From a virus, in IMG/VR virus record IMGVR_UViG_3300045988_051021: a stretch of DNA of 64,000 bases. One strand, written 5' to 3'. This document shows, in pieces, positions 1 to 8,000 of the stretch. The position numbers and the translations under genes are program-made. Position 1 is the first letter of the stretch, and the number at the start of each line of letters is the position of its first letter. The notes under the pieces were generated by a model. It did no database searches. It was given only the letters and a program-made list of their open reading frames with translations, and had not been told where the DNA came from.

Positions 1-266
1 TTATCTTTAGTAATGCCCTTACATTTGAGAAGGCTCTTGAAGTCCGAGAATATTGTAGAGGGCGTATCCGTTGTGCATTTGGTATTGGAACCAACCTCAC
101 TAATGATACTGGACATAAACCCTCCAATATTGTTATGAAATTGACCTCTTGCCAAATGAATAAAAATCAACCTGTATTTAACTGTGTGAAACTGTCTGAT
201 GATTTGGGTAAGCACACTGGTCTGGAACAAGAAGTGGAACATTGTATGAATGAACTAGGATTATGA
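1..266 (+). CDS. pncB: nicotinate phosphoribosyltransferase, C-terminal fragment (gene starts upstream of window)
   Basis: The frame is open from the window edge to TGA at 264-266. Translation IFSNALTFEKALEVREYCRGRIRCAFGIGTNLTNDTGHKPSNIVMKLTSCQMNKNQPVFNCVKLSDDLGKHTG follows the conserved PncB C-terminus pattern (FSDNLD..SFGIGTxLTxD..LNIVIKL..CNGxPVAKLSDSPGK). The stop overlaps the nadE start (ATGA). Confidence 0.75.
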   Translation, partial: IFSNALTFEKALEVREYCRGRIRCAFGIGTNLTNDTGHKPSNIVMKLTSCQMNKNQPVFNCVKLSDDLGKHTGLEQEVEHCMNELGL

Positions 267-1147
267 AAGAGTTAAATTATGAAAGAGTATTCAATATTCT
301 CGTCAAAGAGACATCGAATTATATTACTAGGAATCGTCTTAATGCTATGGTTCTTGGGATTAGTGGTGGTATTGATTCAACTGTAGTGGCAGCTATCTGC
401 CATGAAGTGAGTAAACAAACTGGCATTCCTCTAATAGGTAGAAGTCTACCTATTAAGAACAAGAATGACGAGTTTAGTGTATCGAAGTTAGTAGGAAATG
501 CCTTCTGTGATGATTTTAAGGTAGTAAATCTTAGTTATATGTGCCAGCATGTAATCCAGGCTATTTATGATGGTGAAGGTACTCTTGGTACTCCTATCTC
601 TAAGGGCAATATTCAGGCTAGACTTAGAATGATTTATCTCTACAATCTAGCAGGAATCAATAGAGGCTTAGTAATGGATACTGATAACCTTACTGAACAT
701 AATCTCGGATTCTGGACTATTCATGGTGATGTAGGTGACTTTGACCCAATTCAAGGTCTATGGAAGACTGAAGTGTATGAATTAGCTAAGTGGCTAATAG
801 GGTATTACTATGAGTGTGGGATAAAGAAAGAAGTGGATGCAGATGGCGCTAGGAAGATTTGTGATATGTGTGAGGCTATTAAAAAGTCAATGTCTCTTAC
901 TCCTACTGATGGTCTTGGTATTAGTAATAGTGACTTAGACCAAATAGGAGCTAAGAGTTATTATGACGTTGATAGAGTATTACAGACTCTTACTTGTAAG
1001 GCTTCTCCAGAGAATAATAAACTACAAGACGAATTAACCGCTGAACTTGGTCCAGATGTTGTAGGTAAGATTACTGAACGGCGCTTCAAATCTAGGTTCA
1101 AGAGATTAGTTAGTCCTATCATAGTGCCAAGGGAAATGTATGATTGA
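263..1147 (+). CDS. nadE: NH3-dependent NAD+ synthetase
   Basis: 294-aa ORF with the PP-loop ATP pyrophosphatase motif SGGIDS (362-379). Size and layout are typical of NadE, and it sits in a cluster with pncB and nadD. Confidence 0.85.
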   Translation: MKELNYERVFNILVKETSNYITRNRLNAMVLGISGGIDSTVVAAICHEVSKQTGIPLIGRSLPIKNKNDEFSVSKLVGNAFCDDFKVVNLSYMCQHVIQAIYDGEGTLGTPISKGNIQARLRMIYLYNLAGINRGLVMDTDNLTEHNLGFWTIHGDVGDFDPIQGLWKTEVYELAKWLIGYYYECGIKKEVDADGARKICDMCEAIKKSMSLTPTDGLGISNSDLDQIGAKSYYDVDRVLQTLTCKASPENNKLQDELTAELGPDVVGKITERRFKSRFKRLVSPIIVPREMYD

Positions 1148-1259
1148 CTTCTTAGAGCTAATTCTAGAATTAGTAAATGTTAAATCACGTAATGAGCTAG
1201 TAGCTCTGCTTGTTATAGGCGGAGTACTAGCCATTATCTATTATTTGTTTCTTATATGA
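1140..1259 (+). CDS. small membrane protein (39 aa, below ORF-track cutoff)
   Basis: ATG at 1140 overlaps the nadE 3' end, and its TGA overlaps the next start (ATGA at 1256-1259). Translation MIDFLELILELVNVKSRNELVALLVIGGVLAIIYYLFLI has a C-terminal hydrophobic helix. Support comes only from coupling geometry and hydrophobicity. Confidence 0.35.
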   Translation: MIDFLELILELVNVKSRNELVALLVIGGVLAIIYYLFLI

Positions 1260-1507
1260 AATTATATTATTTATTTTTGTTAGTAATGTTCCTTCTAATG
1301 GGTTGTACCAATTCATCTAACATTAGTGGTCCAGATGTTATAGGGACATCTAAGATGTATGGAGATGTGCATAGATACACCATTGATGAGCATGAGTATA
1401 TAAAAATGGGTAATGGCTTTACACACTCTGGTACTTGTAAGAAGTGCAAGAAGGAGTTGGAAAGCACCATCCGTAAAATAGTTAAGGAGGAACATTCACA
1501 ATGGTAG
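1256..1507 (+). CDS. putative lipoprotein
   Basis: N-terminus MKLYYLFLLVMFLLMGC is a signal peptide with a lipobox-like LMGC. The mature part is small and carries CKKCKK. It is translationally coupled to its neighbours. Confidence 0.6.
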   Translation: MKLYYLFLLVMFLLMGCTNSSNISGPDVIGTSKMYGDVHRYTIDEHEYIKMGNGFTHSGTCKKCKKELESTIRKIVKEEHSQW

Positions 1508-2061
1508 GAGTATTCTTTGGGTCTTTTGACCCACCCCATATTGGTCATGTTAATATTGTCACAGCTGCACTTAATTCTGGTATTGTTGACAAGGTTATAG
1601 TAGTTCCAGCATATAAGAGTGTATGGAAGAATACTGAAACTAAGTGGGAGTATAGACTCACTATGGCTAAGGAAACCTTTGATAACATTCCTGGAGTAGT
1701 TGTGGATGGTATTGAATATCGTATCGCTAATGGAGAACCATTGCCTACTTATAAGACTATTGAAGCAATAAAAGAGATTTACGGTGAGTTTACTATCGTA
1801 ACATCTGCTGAGACTTATAAGGAGATTCCAAGGTGGCAGCATGGTGAAGAGATACTAAAGGACAATAAGTTCTTAGTAGTAGATGTAGCACACTTTAATA
1901 GTGAGGATATTCCACATGATGAAGTGAAAGTTATCTATGCTCCTGATATTACAATATGCTCTACAGCTATCAGAAAGTGGGTTGATGATGGTAGAATTAT
2001 ATTACCATTTGTAACAGATGAAGTAAATTCAATAATTAGAAAGCTTGGGTTATACAAATGA
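1501..2061 (+). CDS. nadD: nicotinate/nicotinamide mononucleotide adenylyltransferase
   Basis: GSFDPPHIGH (1519-1548) is the (H/T)xGH nucleotidyltransferase motif. The C-terminal ICSTAIRK matches the ISSTxIR motif of NadD-family NMN/NaMN adenylyltransferases. Confidence 0.8.
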   Translation: MVGVFFGSFDPPHIGHVNIVTAALNSGIVDKVIVVPAYKSVWKNTETKWEYRLTMAKETFDNIPGVVVDGIEYRIANGEPLPTYKTIEAIKEIYGEFTIVTSAETYKEIPRWQHGEEILKDNKFLVVDVAHFNSEDIPHDEVKVIYAPDITICSTAIRKWVDDGRIILPFVTDEVNSIIRKLGLYK

Positions 2062-2591
2062 GTCAAATCTATGTTTCAGGTCCTTGGTCTTTTGCTTCTG
2101 GAGTACAGCAAGTAGTTAAGAGTATAAAGGCTAAATCTAAGGGAGATAAGGTAGTTTATAGTGAGAAAGGAACTGAATACCAGTTCTCTAAACTAGAACA
2201 ATCCGACTATGTCGTATTCGTGTTAGATGGATTTGCATGGCAACAGAGGTTAGAAAGTATTTCTAAGGGAATGCTCTCAGAACTTATATGGTGTATTAAT
2301 CATAGAGTACCAATGTTCTTAGCTTACAAATCAGCTAATGAGTTAGGCATATATGCAACTGAAATAGATGACAATTTAACCTTTAAGGGGATTGCAGGCA
2401 CTGCTGACAACTTCTACCAGATTATAAACAATCAGTTTGGGACTATTGTAGCTCCAAATGATACTCCTGGGTTTGTTCTGAGTCACCAAGACACAGTATT
2501 AGGGAGTGATTGTGTATATTTGAAGGGGGAGTGGATAGCTGACCCATTAGATTTCCTTAATGTTGAACAACCAAAGAGTTACTTTTATTAA
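2058..2591 (+). CDS. nucleoside 2-deoxyribosyltransferase-like superfamily protein (function unknown)
   Basis: Three segments resemble the NDT/DUF4406-type signature (IYLAGP.. / ..D.vvA.ldG / D.GT.fElG.A...KPv): N-terminal IYVSGPWS, SDYVVFVLDG, and SKGMLSELIWCINHRVPMF with a conserved Glu. This is pattern-level recognition only. Confidence 0.4.
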   Translation: MSQIYVSGPWSFASGVQQVVKSIKAKSKGDKVVYSEKGTEYQFSKLEQSDYVVFVLDGFAWQQRLESISKGMLSELIWCINHRVPMFLAYKSANELGIYATEIDDNLTFKGIAGTADNFYQIINNQFGTIVAPNDTPGFVLSHQDTVLGSDCVYLKGEWIADPLDFLNVEQPKSYFY

Positions 2592-2592
2592 T

Positions 2593-3135
2593 ATGAAGAA
2601 TTTTCCTTTATTAGACGAGAATGGTAAGGAATGGTGGATTAGCCGTTCTATTGCTGTAACAGGGTGTATATTTACATTCCTAAATGGTAAGTGGTGTGTA
2701 TTAGCCAATAAGAGAGGTGAAGGCACTCCCGACTTCCAGGGAATGTGGAATATGCCATGTGGTTACTTAGACTTTGATGAAACTACAGCACAAGCTGTAA
2801 TCAGAGAAGTCTATGAAGAGACTGGTATTAAAGTGAACCCAGACCACTTGCACTTCTGGAAGTTTAATGATTCCCCAACTCAGAATAGACAGAATGTGTC
2901 ATTTAGATACTATGCTCTAGTTGACGCACAGCCAGGTAATATCAGTGTAGGCACTGGTAATGACAGGGGAGGTGAAGAGGATGAAGTGGAAGCTATAGGA
3001 TGGATTCCAGTAGACTCTATTGATAAATATCAGTGGGCATTTGGTCACGATGAAATCATTAAGGAGTTTACTGAGTGGATGCACCTAGAAGATGGAGATT
3101 TGGATATGCAAGACATAGACTTAGACCCAGTATGA
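2593..3135 (+). CDS. Nudix hydrolase
   Basis: Perfect Nudix box Gx5Ex7REUxEExGU: GYLDFDETTAQAVIREVYEETGI (2761-2829). The start is placed at ATG 2593, directly after the upstream TAA. The ORF-track start at 2560 would overlap the upstream gene. Confidence 0.85.
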   Translation: MKNFPLLDENGKEWWISRSIAVTGCIFTFLNGKWCVLANKRGEGTPDFQGMWNMPCGYLDFDETTAQAVIREVYEETGIKVNPDHLHFWKFNDSPTQNRQNVSFRYYALVDAQPGNISVGTGNDRGGEEDEVEAIGWIPVDSIDKYQWAFGHDEIIKEFTEWMHLEDGDLDMQDIDLDPV

Positions 3136-3213
3136 CATACTTTATAAGTGGACATAGAGACTTAACATGGGGTTTGAGTGATGCGGATGTTGAACAAGCA
3201 ATACATATTCTAA

Positions 3214-3399
3214 ATGATGCCAATACAGCCACTAAGGCACATCTATAATGACCCTTCGTTAGATAGAGAACTTCTATTGAGGAAGCTAGCATCTCTTAGA
3301 CTAAAGAGTATGATTAGTATTGAAGAATATGAGTATTTAAGACATTTAATAAGAAAGGAGAACGAGAATGCTCAGAGAGCAAATGGATGCACTTATTAA
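3214..3399 (+). CDS. hypothetical small protein
   Basis: 61-aa ORF filling most of the 3135-3368 gap, with no recognisable motif. It overlaps the alternative 38-aa ORF at 3132-3248, so the true coding assignment here is uncertain. Confidence 0.3.
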   Translation: MMPIQPLRHIYNDPSLDRELLLRKLASLRLKSMISIEEYEYLRHLIRKENENAQRANGCTY

Positions 3400-3853
3400 G
3401 CAGTCTATGCTTGATAAGAATGTAAAGAGGACAGAGGTGTTAAGAGCTATTAAGAATGAGTTCTTAGTGTATCAAACTGCTAAAGGTGCTAAGCCTTTAG
3501 ATGATGCAGCCGAGTTTACTATTCTTCGTAAGATGGTAAAGCAAAGATTGGATAGTAGAGACCAATATCTGGAAGGTGGAAGGAAAGACCTAGCTGATAA
3601 TGAATCTAAAGAGATTCTAGTGCTTGAGTCTTTCCTTCCTCGACAAGCCACGGTTGAGGATGTCAATAAAGCAGTCGCAGAAATATGTAAGGAGAGAGGC
3701 TGGTATATTCCAGAGGAAGACTACGGAGAAGGCGCAATCTCCCCACAAATCCCGAAAAAGTCTATGGGAGAGGTTATTAAATTGGTCAAGACACAGCTTA
3801 ATAATGTAGATGGTAAATTACTGGCAGACACTGTTAAAACATATCTAGTATGA
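3368..3853 (+). CDS. GatB/YqeY domain protein
   Basis: Colinear similarity to B. subtilis YqeY: N-terminal L..Q....MK......L.V.R, central ILRKMVKQRLDS, LESFLP, and C-terminal MGEVIKLVK...DGKLL. Confidence 0.8.
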   Translation: MLREQMDALIKQSMLDKNVKRTEVLRAIKNEFLVYQTAKGAKPLDDAAEFTILRKMVKQRLDSRDQYLEGGRKDLADNESKEILVLESFLPRQATVEDVNKAVAEICKERGWYIPEEDYGEGAISPQIPKKSMGEVIKLVKTQLNNVDGKLLADTVKTYLV

Positions 3854-4290
3854 AAGCGTATATAGGAAACGTAGACTGGGCAGACGAAGGAGATGTATTC
3901 TTCTTTAGCGTAGAAAGTGAAGAGAATCTAAAAGCAATGAAGGACTTAATAGATATTCTCGTAGAGCTTGATTTATTCTACTCAACAGAGATGTATTGGG
4001 GAACCAATGAATACTTTGACTTCGGGGCAGATGACTTCCTGGAATTTATTAATGAAGCTAAGGATATATCTGAAGAAGAATTAGCTACACTTAATAAATT
4101 CAAAATATCTGGGTTTGACATTTTTGAAAGAATGTCAGATAAACTACATGACCTAATTTGGGACTTGGATTATGATATTTCGCAGGAAGATTTAGATAGA
4201 ATCAAACCTCTCTATATTAAGCTGTATGACCAGAAGAGTTGGGAGGATATTCAAAAATGGTTTGACAATAAGAGGGAACATGACGATTAA
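3850..4290 (+). CDS. highly acidic hypothetical protein
   Basis: 146-aa ORF coupled to the yqeY-like stop (ATGA). My count is 39 D/E against 15 K/R. No catalytic motif was seen. Confidence 0.6.
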   Translation: MKAYIGNVDWADEGDVFFFSVESEENLKAMKDLIDILVELDLFYSTEMYWGTNEYFDFGADDFLEFINEAKDISEEELATLNKFKISGFDIFERMSDKLHDLIWDLDYDISQEDLDRIKPLYIKLYDQKSWEDIQKWFDNKREHDD

Positions 4291-4528
4291 AGAAATTGTA
4301 ACCTTAAAGGGTCTAGCTAGGTTTAGTCATGCTATAGCAGGAACTCTATACTACAAAATTGAAACAGATGATGCAACTGTAGAGTTTCCTATTGACATGA
4401 ACGATAAGGATGATGTGGGTACAACCACATTTGTAGCTTCCTATAAACCCATTACATTGATGAGGTACATAAGAAAGGCTATAGAGAATGGAACCTTAAT
4501 TAAGGTTGATAAATCTAAGTTGAAATAA
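4280..4528 (+). CDS. hypothetical protein
   Basis: The ORF track gives 4226-4528. The internal ATG at 4280 overlaps the upstream stop (ATGACGATTAA) and fits the coupling style used elsewhere in this genome. Confidence 0.5.
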   Translation: MTIKEIVTLKGLARFSHAIAGTLYYKIETDDATVEFPIDMNDKDDVGTTTFVASYKPITLMRYIRKAIENGTLIKVDKSKLK

Positions 4529-4594
4529 TTGTGCTATATAATAATTAACTAATATATCTAACTCTACTCGAATTTCATAAAATTCATAGTTTAA

Positions 4595-4626
4595 TTTGGT
4601 AATACTGCTTATAATGCCTATATTTG
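4595..4626 (+). promoter_or_regulatory. Bacteroides-type promoter (-33 TTTG / -7 TAnnTTTG)
   Basis: TTTG at 4595-4598, a 20-nt spacer, then TATATTTG at 4619-4626. It lies in a 137-nt AT-rich intergenic gap, 39 nt upstream of ATG 4666. Confidence 0.6.
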
Positions 4627-4665
4627 TAGAAATTAAGTGGTTAAACTGTTTAAACGTATTAATTT

Positions 4666-4980
4666 ATGAAAATCGAAGAGAAATTTAGAAAATTCCAACA
4701 AGGTGGTGCTGCACCTCAGCCAGGAGCTGAACAAGCAGGAGGAGCACCAGCTGAGGGAGCACCGGCAGAAGGTGGTGCACCTGCTGAGGGTGGACAAGAC
4801 CCAATGGCACAGATTTTACAAGTAGCTGCTCAGGCAGTTCAGACACAGAATTGTGAAGCTGCGATGGCTGTGTGTCAAGCCCTAATGCAAATCGCTCAAG
4901 GTGGTGCTGCTCAGGAACAAGCTCCTCAAGAGGAACCAACTTTTGCAAGGAAAGGTGCTAGACTAGTAAGAGTAAGATAA
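4666..4980 (+). CDS. small Gly/Ala/Pro/Gln-rich protein with N-terminal FQQGG motif (probable abundant virion-internal protein)
   Basis: 104-aa ORF with its own promoter and a downstream terminator. It has an N-terminal KFRKFQQGG motif, (G)APAE repeats and a helical Q/A-rich C-terminus. Confidence 0.65.
   Translation: MKIEEKFRKFQQGGAAPQPGAEQAGGAPAEGAPAEGGAPAEGGQDPMAQILQVAAQAVQTQNCEAAMAVCQALMQIAQGGAAQEQAPQEEPTFARKGARLVRVR
4741..4794 (+). repeat. imperfect in-frame tandem repeat (15-18-nt units encoding G-APAE)
   Basis: GGAGCACCAGCTGAG / GGAGCACCGGCAGAA / GGTGGTGCACCTGCTGAG. This locally GC-rich stretch also creates the spurious antisense ORF 4685-4948. Confidence 0.7.
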
Positions 4981-4999
4981 TTAGTCAACAAGGTAAGAA

Positions 5000-5030
5000 G
5001 GGGCGTATATTAATTATATGCTCCTTTTTT
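5000..5030 (+). terminator. intrinsic terminator / attenuator
   Basis: GGGGCGTATA (5000-5009), loop TTAAT, TATATGCTCC (5015-5024). The stem is 10 bp including two G.U pairs and is followed by T6 (5025-5030). It sits between the small gene and the giant-gene run. Confidence 0.65.
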
Positions 5031-5044
5031 ATTATACATAGTAT

Positions 5045-8000
5045 ATGTCACAAGTAATAAGGAAATATAACTCTGGAGGTCAAACTGATAAGCCTAAGCT
5101 TCTAAGTGTGAAGGGCTTGGGGGATTTCAATCAGGATGATTTAATAAAAAGAGGATACAGAGATGTAGATGAATATGCTTCATCTGAAGGGTTGGGAAAT
5201 ACTGCCGCAGCTGATTTTAGAAACGCTGTACAATATATGCTTGAGGGGATTAGTAATGGCACTATGACTATGGATGCTATGGGTAACTTTCAAGATGCAA
5301 CGGGTCAAAAGTCAAGTACAGGTGAGCTAGATAGAAAGAAGTTTCTAGGAATAAAGACAGGGGTTAAGAATACTGAGAACAATGCTTACGGTCTAGCTGC
5401 TGATTACCTATATAACATCATTAAAGGTTCCCCTCAGTATAAACAACCAGAAGTAAAGAAGGAAAGATTTAACGCTAATAAACTCATGGAAGATGCCATT
5501 TCAAGAGAATGGTATGGAGGTAACGCCATAGATTATAATAATTGGTTCCGTAATAGAACAGAACAAGACCGCAACGCTCTAATGGGTAGAATTTGGGATA
5601 GTGCTGATTATAACCAAATATTTCAATCCCATGACTGGTCTGGAACTAATATAAGGAGTGCAGAAGATTTAGCTGCTCTTGGTAGAGCATATGGTGCGGC
5701 TATTACTAATAACAAACTAGACAATGACGATTATAATACCTTTGCTGCGTTAGGCGGTACTGGTTTAGACAAATTCATAAGACCTACTCAACAAGCAACT
5801 ACCCCACAATCATCTACAGTTGAAGGACAGCAAGGTAAAGTTGATACAAGCTGGACTAACTCAGAATATGATAGGACAGTTGATGATAAAGGTAAATATC
5901 ACATATACAAGAAAGGAACCAATGAAGAGGTAAGTGGAATACTTCCTGGTAATGTATTCAAAGGTGTTGGAAATAGATATGCTTTTGATGGTAATATCTA
6001 CGACGATTCCAACCTACCAGAGCAATATAGACAGGATATTACTAGAGCAAGACAAGCCCAACTCGGTGAATATACAAGTCTTACAGATAATAATCCCTTT
6101 ACTAAGATGCTAAAGGGTCAGGGTTATAATTATATCACTAATTTATCTCAGTTTGCGTCTGGTGTAGGTAATAATGTCTTATACGGAGCATATTCCAATC
6201 CTTCTGACGTGAATGGTAAGATGGGTTTCTACCTAAAGAATCCTACTACTGGTAAGACAACTAGAGGTTCAGTGGAACTTAACAAATCACTAGGTGAATA
6301 CCAATTTATCGGAGAGGATGGTAATGTTATAAATCTAGGAGCATATAACCCTAACGGAGCAAGAGAAAGACAGGGAGTTAAGTTCGTAGACTATACTGAT
6401 ACTTCTAAGGCTAATTGGGAGAATCTATTCAATACATGGATGCAGGACCCAGACTTGTCGAATCCAGCTAGTGAGGCATACCGAATGGTGCAAAACACTT
6501 TGAGTAAGTGGATTGACTCAAAACAATCCCCATTTGTAAAATATGGTAAGGATTATAAATGGGCTGTTGGGGACAATGACATGAATGTTGCAAGAAACAA
6601 CGATGGTACACTATCATGGTATTTCAATAATAAAGTTGAAAGTGAGGATGAATCTAGCAATGAGCTACGGAGGCTGTTAAGTATCCCAACCGCTGAGAGA
6701 AGTAGAGAAATAAATGACAGAATATTAAAGTTACAAGGATACAAAAAAGGTGGTGTAATAAGTGCCCAACTAGGTACTAAGTTTATAGAAGACACTACCC
6801 CACTAAAAGTAAGTGCAGTACAACCTGATGCTGAACAGATTGAAAGGAATACTAAAGCTAGACAATCATTTACTGGTAGGTCCAATGTATCACTAGGTAA
6901 CAATAAGGATATAACTGATGCAGGTGGTGTTATAAAAACATCCGATAAAGTTAGGCTTGGTGCGGCTATGGCAGACCTAGCTAGTATTGGTTTAGGATTC
7001 GTTCCTGGAGCTAATTTAGCCTCTGCAGGAGTGGGAGTTGGTGCTTCTCTCGCCGAGTTTGGGGCTGATTTAGCTAGTGATGGACCTCAATGGGGTGACC
7101 TTGGTAGACTTGGAGTGAATTTAGGAATGGATGCCCTATCCTTGATTCCTGTTGGGAAGACATTAAAGGCTACTAAAGCTTTAGGTAAAATAAAGAAGTC
7201 AATTCCAGTACTTATGACTCTTATTAATACTACTCCTTATCTTGACCCAGCAATAAGGTCAGAGTATAGTAAGACACTATCAAAGCTTACTAAAGGCGAT
7301 ATAAAGAGCCTGAATACTGGAGACTTTAAGAACCTCTCTGCTATTGCTAGTACTGTATTAATGGGTAAGAATTTAGCCCAATCTCACAGAGGTTGGTGGA
7401 ACTCTTCAACTACTCCTTCGGGTAAAAGACGGGTTACAGCTATGATTGATGGTAAGCAACAAACACTAGAGGTAGACGATGCGTTCTTCCAGAATACTAA
7501 AGGTAAGAATCAGGTAGCAGAACTTAAGACTAAGTTTGCTGAACAATATAACAAAGCTAATAAACTTGAGGGAGATAAGGCTATAAAGCCCGAAAGTGTG
7601 TCCGTAGACACTAAATACTTTGGAAGAAGGCCTCAGTCTGAAGAGGTTGAGGGAACAAAAACTGATGGTAATTGGTTCTCTAACAGCTTAATTGGTAAGC
7701 ACATAGCTGGTTATAGAGACCCGTCTGTAGTAAGAGGTAGTGAGAATATTCCATTCTCCGATGCTTGGTTCTTAAAGAAGGGTTCAACTAAGCCAAAGTC
7801 TGTGGTTCAGTCTAAATCAATAAATGAAACTGCCGATGCAGTATCTTCTATGATAGGAGCACTTCATACAGCATCAAAATTTAGGCAAGCCCCATTAGCT
7901 CTACCAGCTCCTGGACAAGTAACTCCATCTAATAGAGTATTCTATATGGGTTCAGGTAAACCTAAGGCTCCCAAAGATGTAACTAATCCATCTAATCTTA

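Noticed and set aside
1267-1842. 191-aa minus-strand ORF overlapping the lipoprotein and nadD genes, together with the many other 60-130-aa antisense ORFs inside the giant genes.
   Set aside because: These are shadow ORFs lying antisense to genes that carry clear motifs. They have Leu/Ser/Ile-rich, low-information translations and no start-context support.
3132-3248. 38-aa ORF (MTYFISGHRDLTWGLSDADVEQAIHILNDANTATKAHL) whose ATG overlaps the Nudix stop. It may be the 5' part of a frameshifted gene continuing in the 3214-3399 frame.
   Set aside because: It is too short and has no motif, and I cannot tell from the sequence alone whether this is a real small gene, a pseudogene remnant, or noise. 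Only the longer overlapping ORF is listed, at low confidence.
4641-4653. Short palindrome TTAAAC-T-GTTTAA in the leader of the small gene, and the direct repeat AATTTCATA/AAATTCATA upstream of the promoter.
   Set aside because: Both are very short and AT-rich, so they are expected by chance in an AT-rich intergenic region.
4685-4948. 87-aa minus-strand ORF antisense to the small Gly/Ala/Pro-rich gene.
   Set aside because: It is an artefact of the locally GC-rich, repeat-containing coding sequence. The sense ORF has a promoter, a terminator and the shared GG motif.
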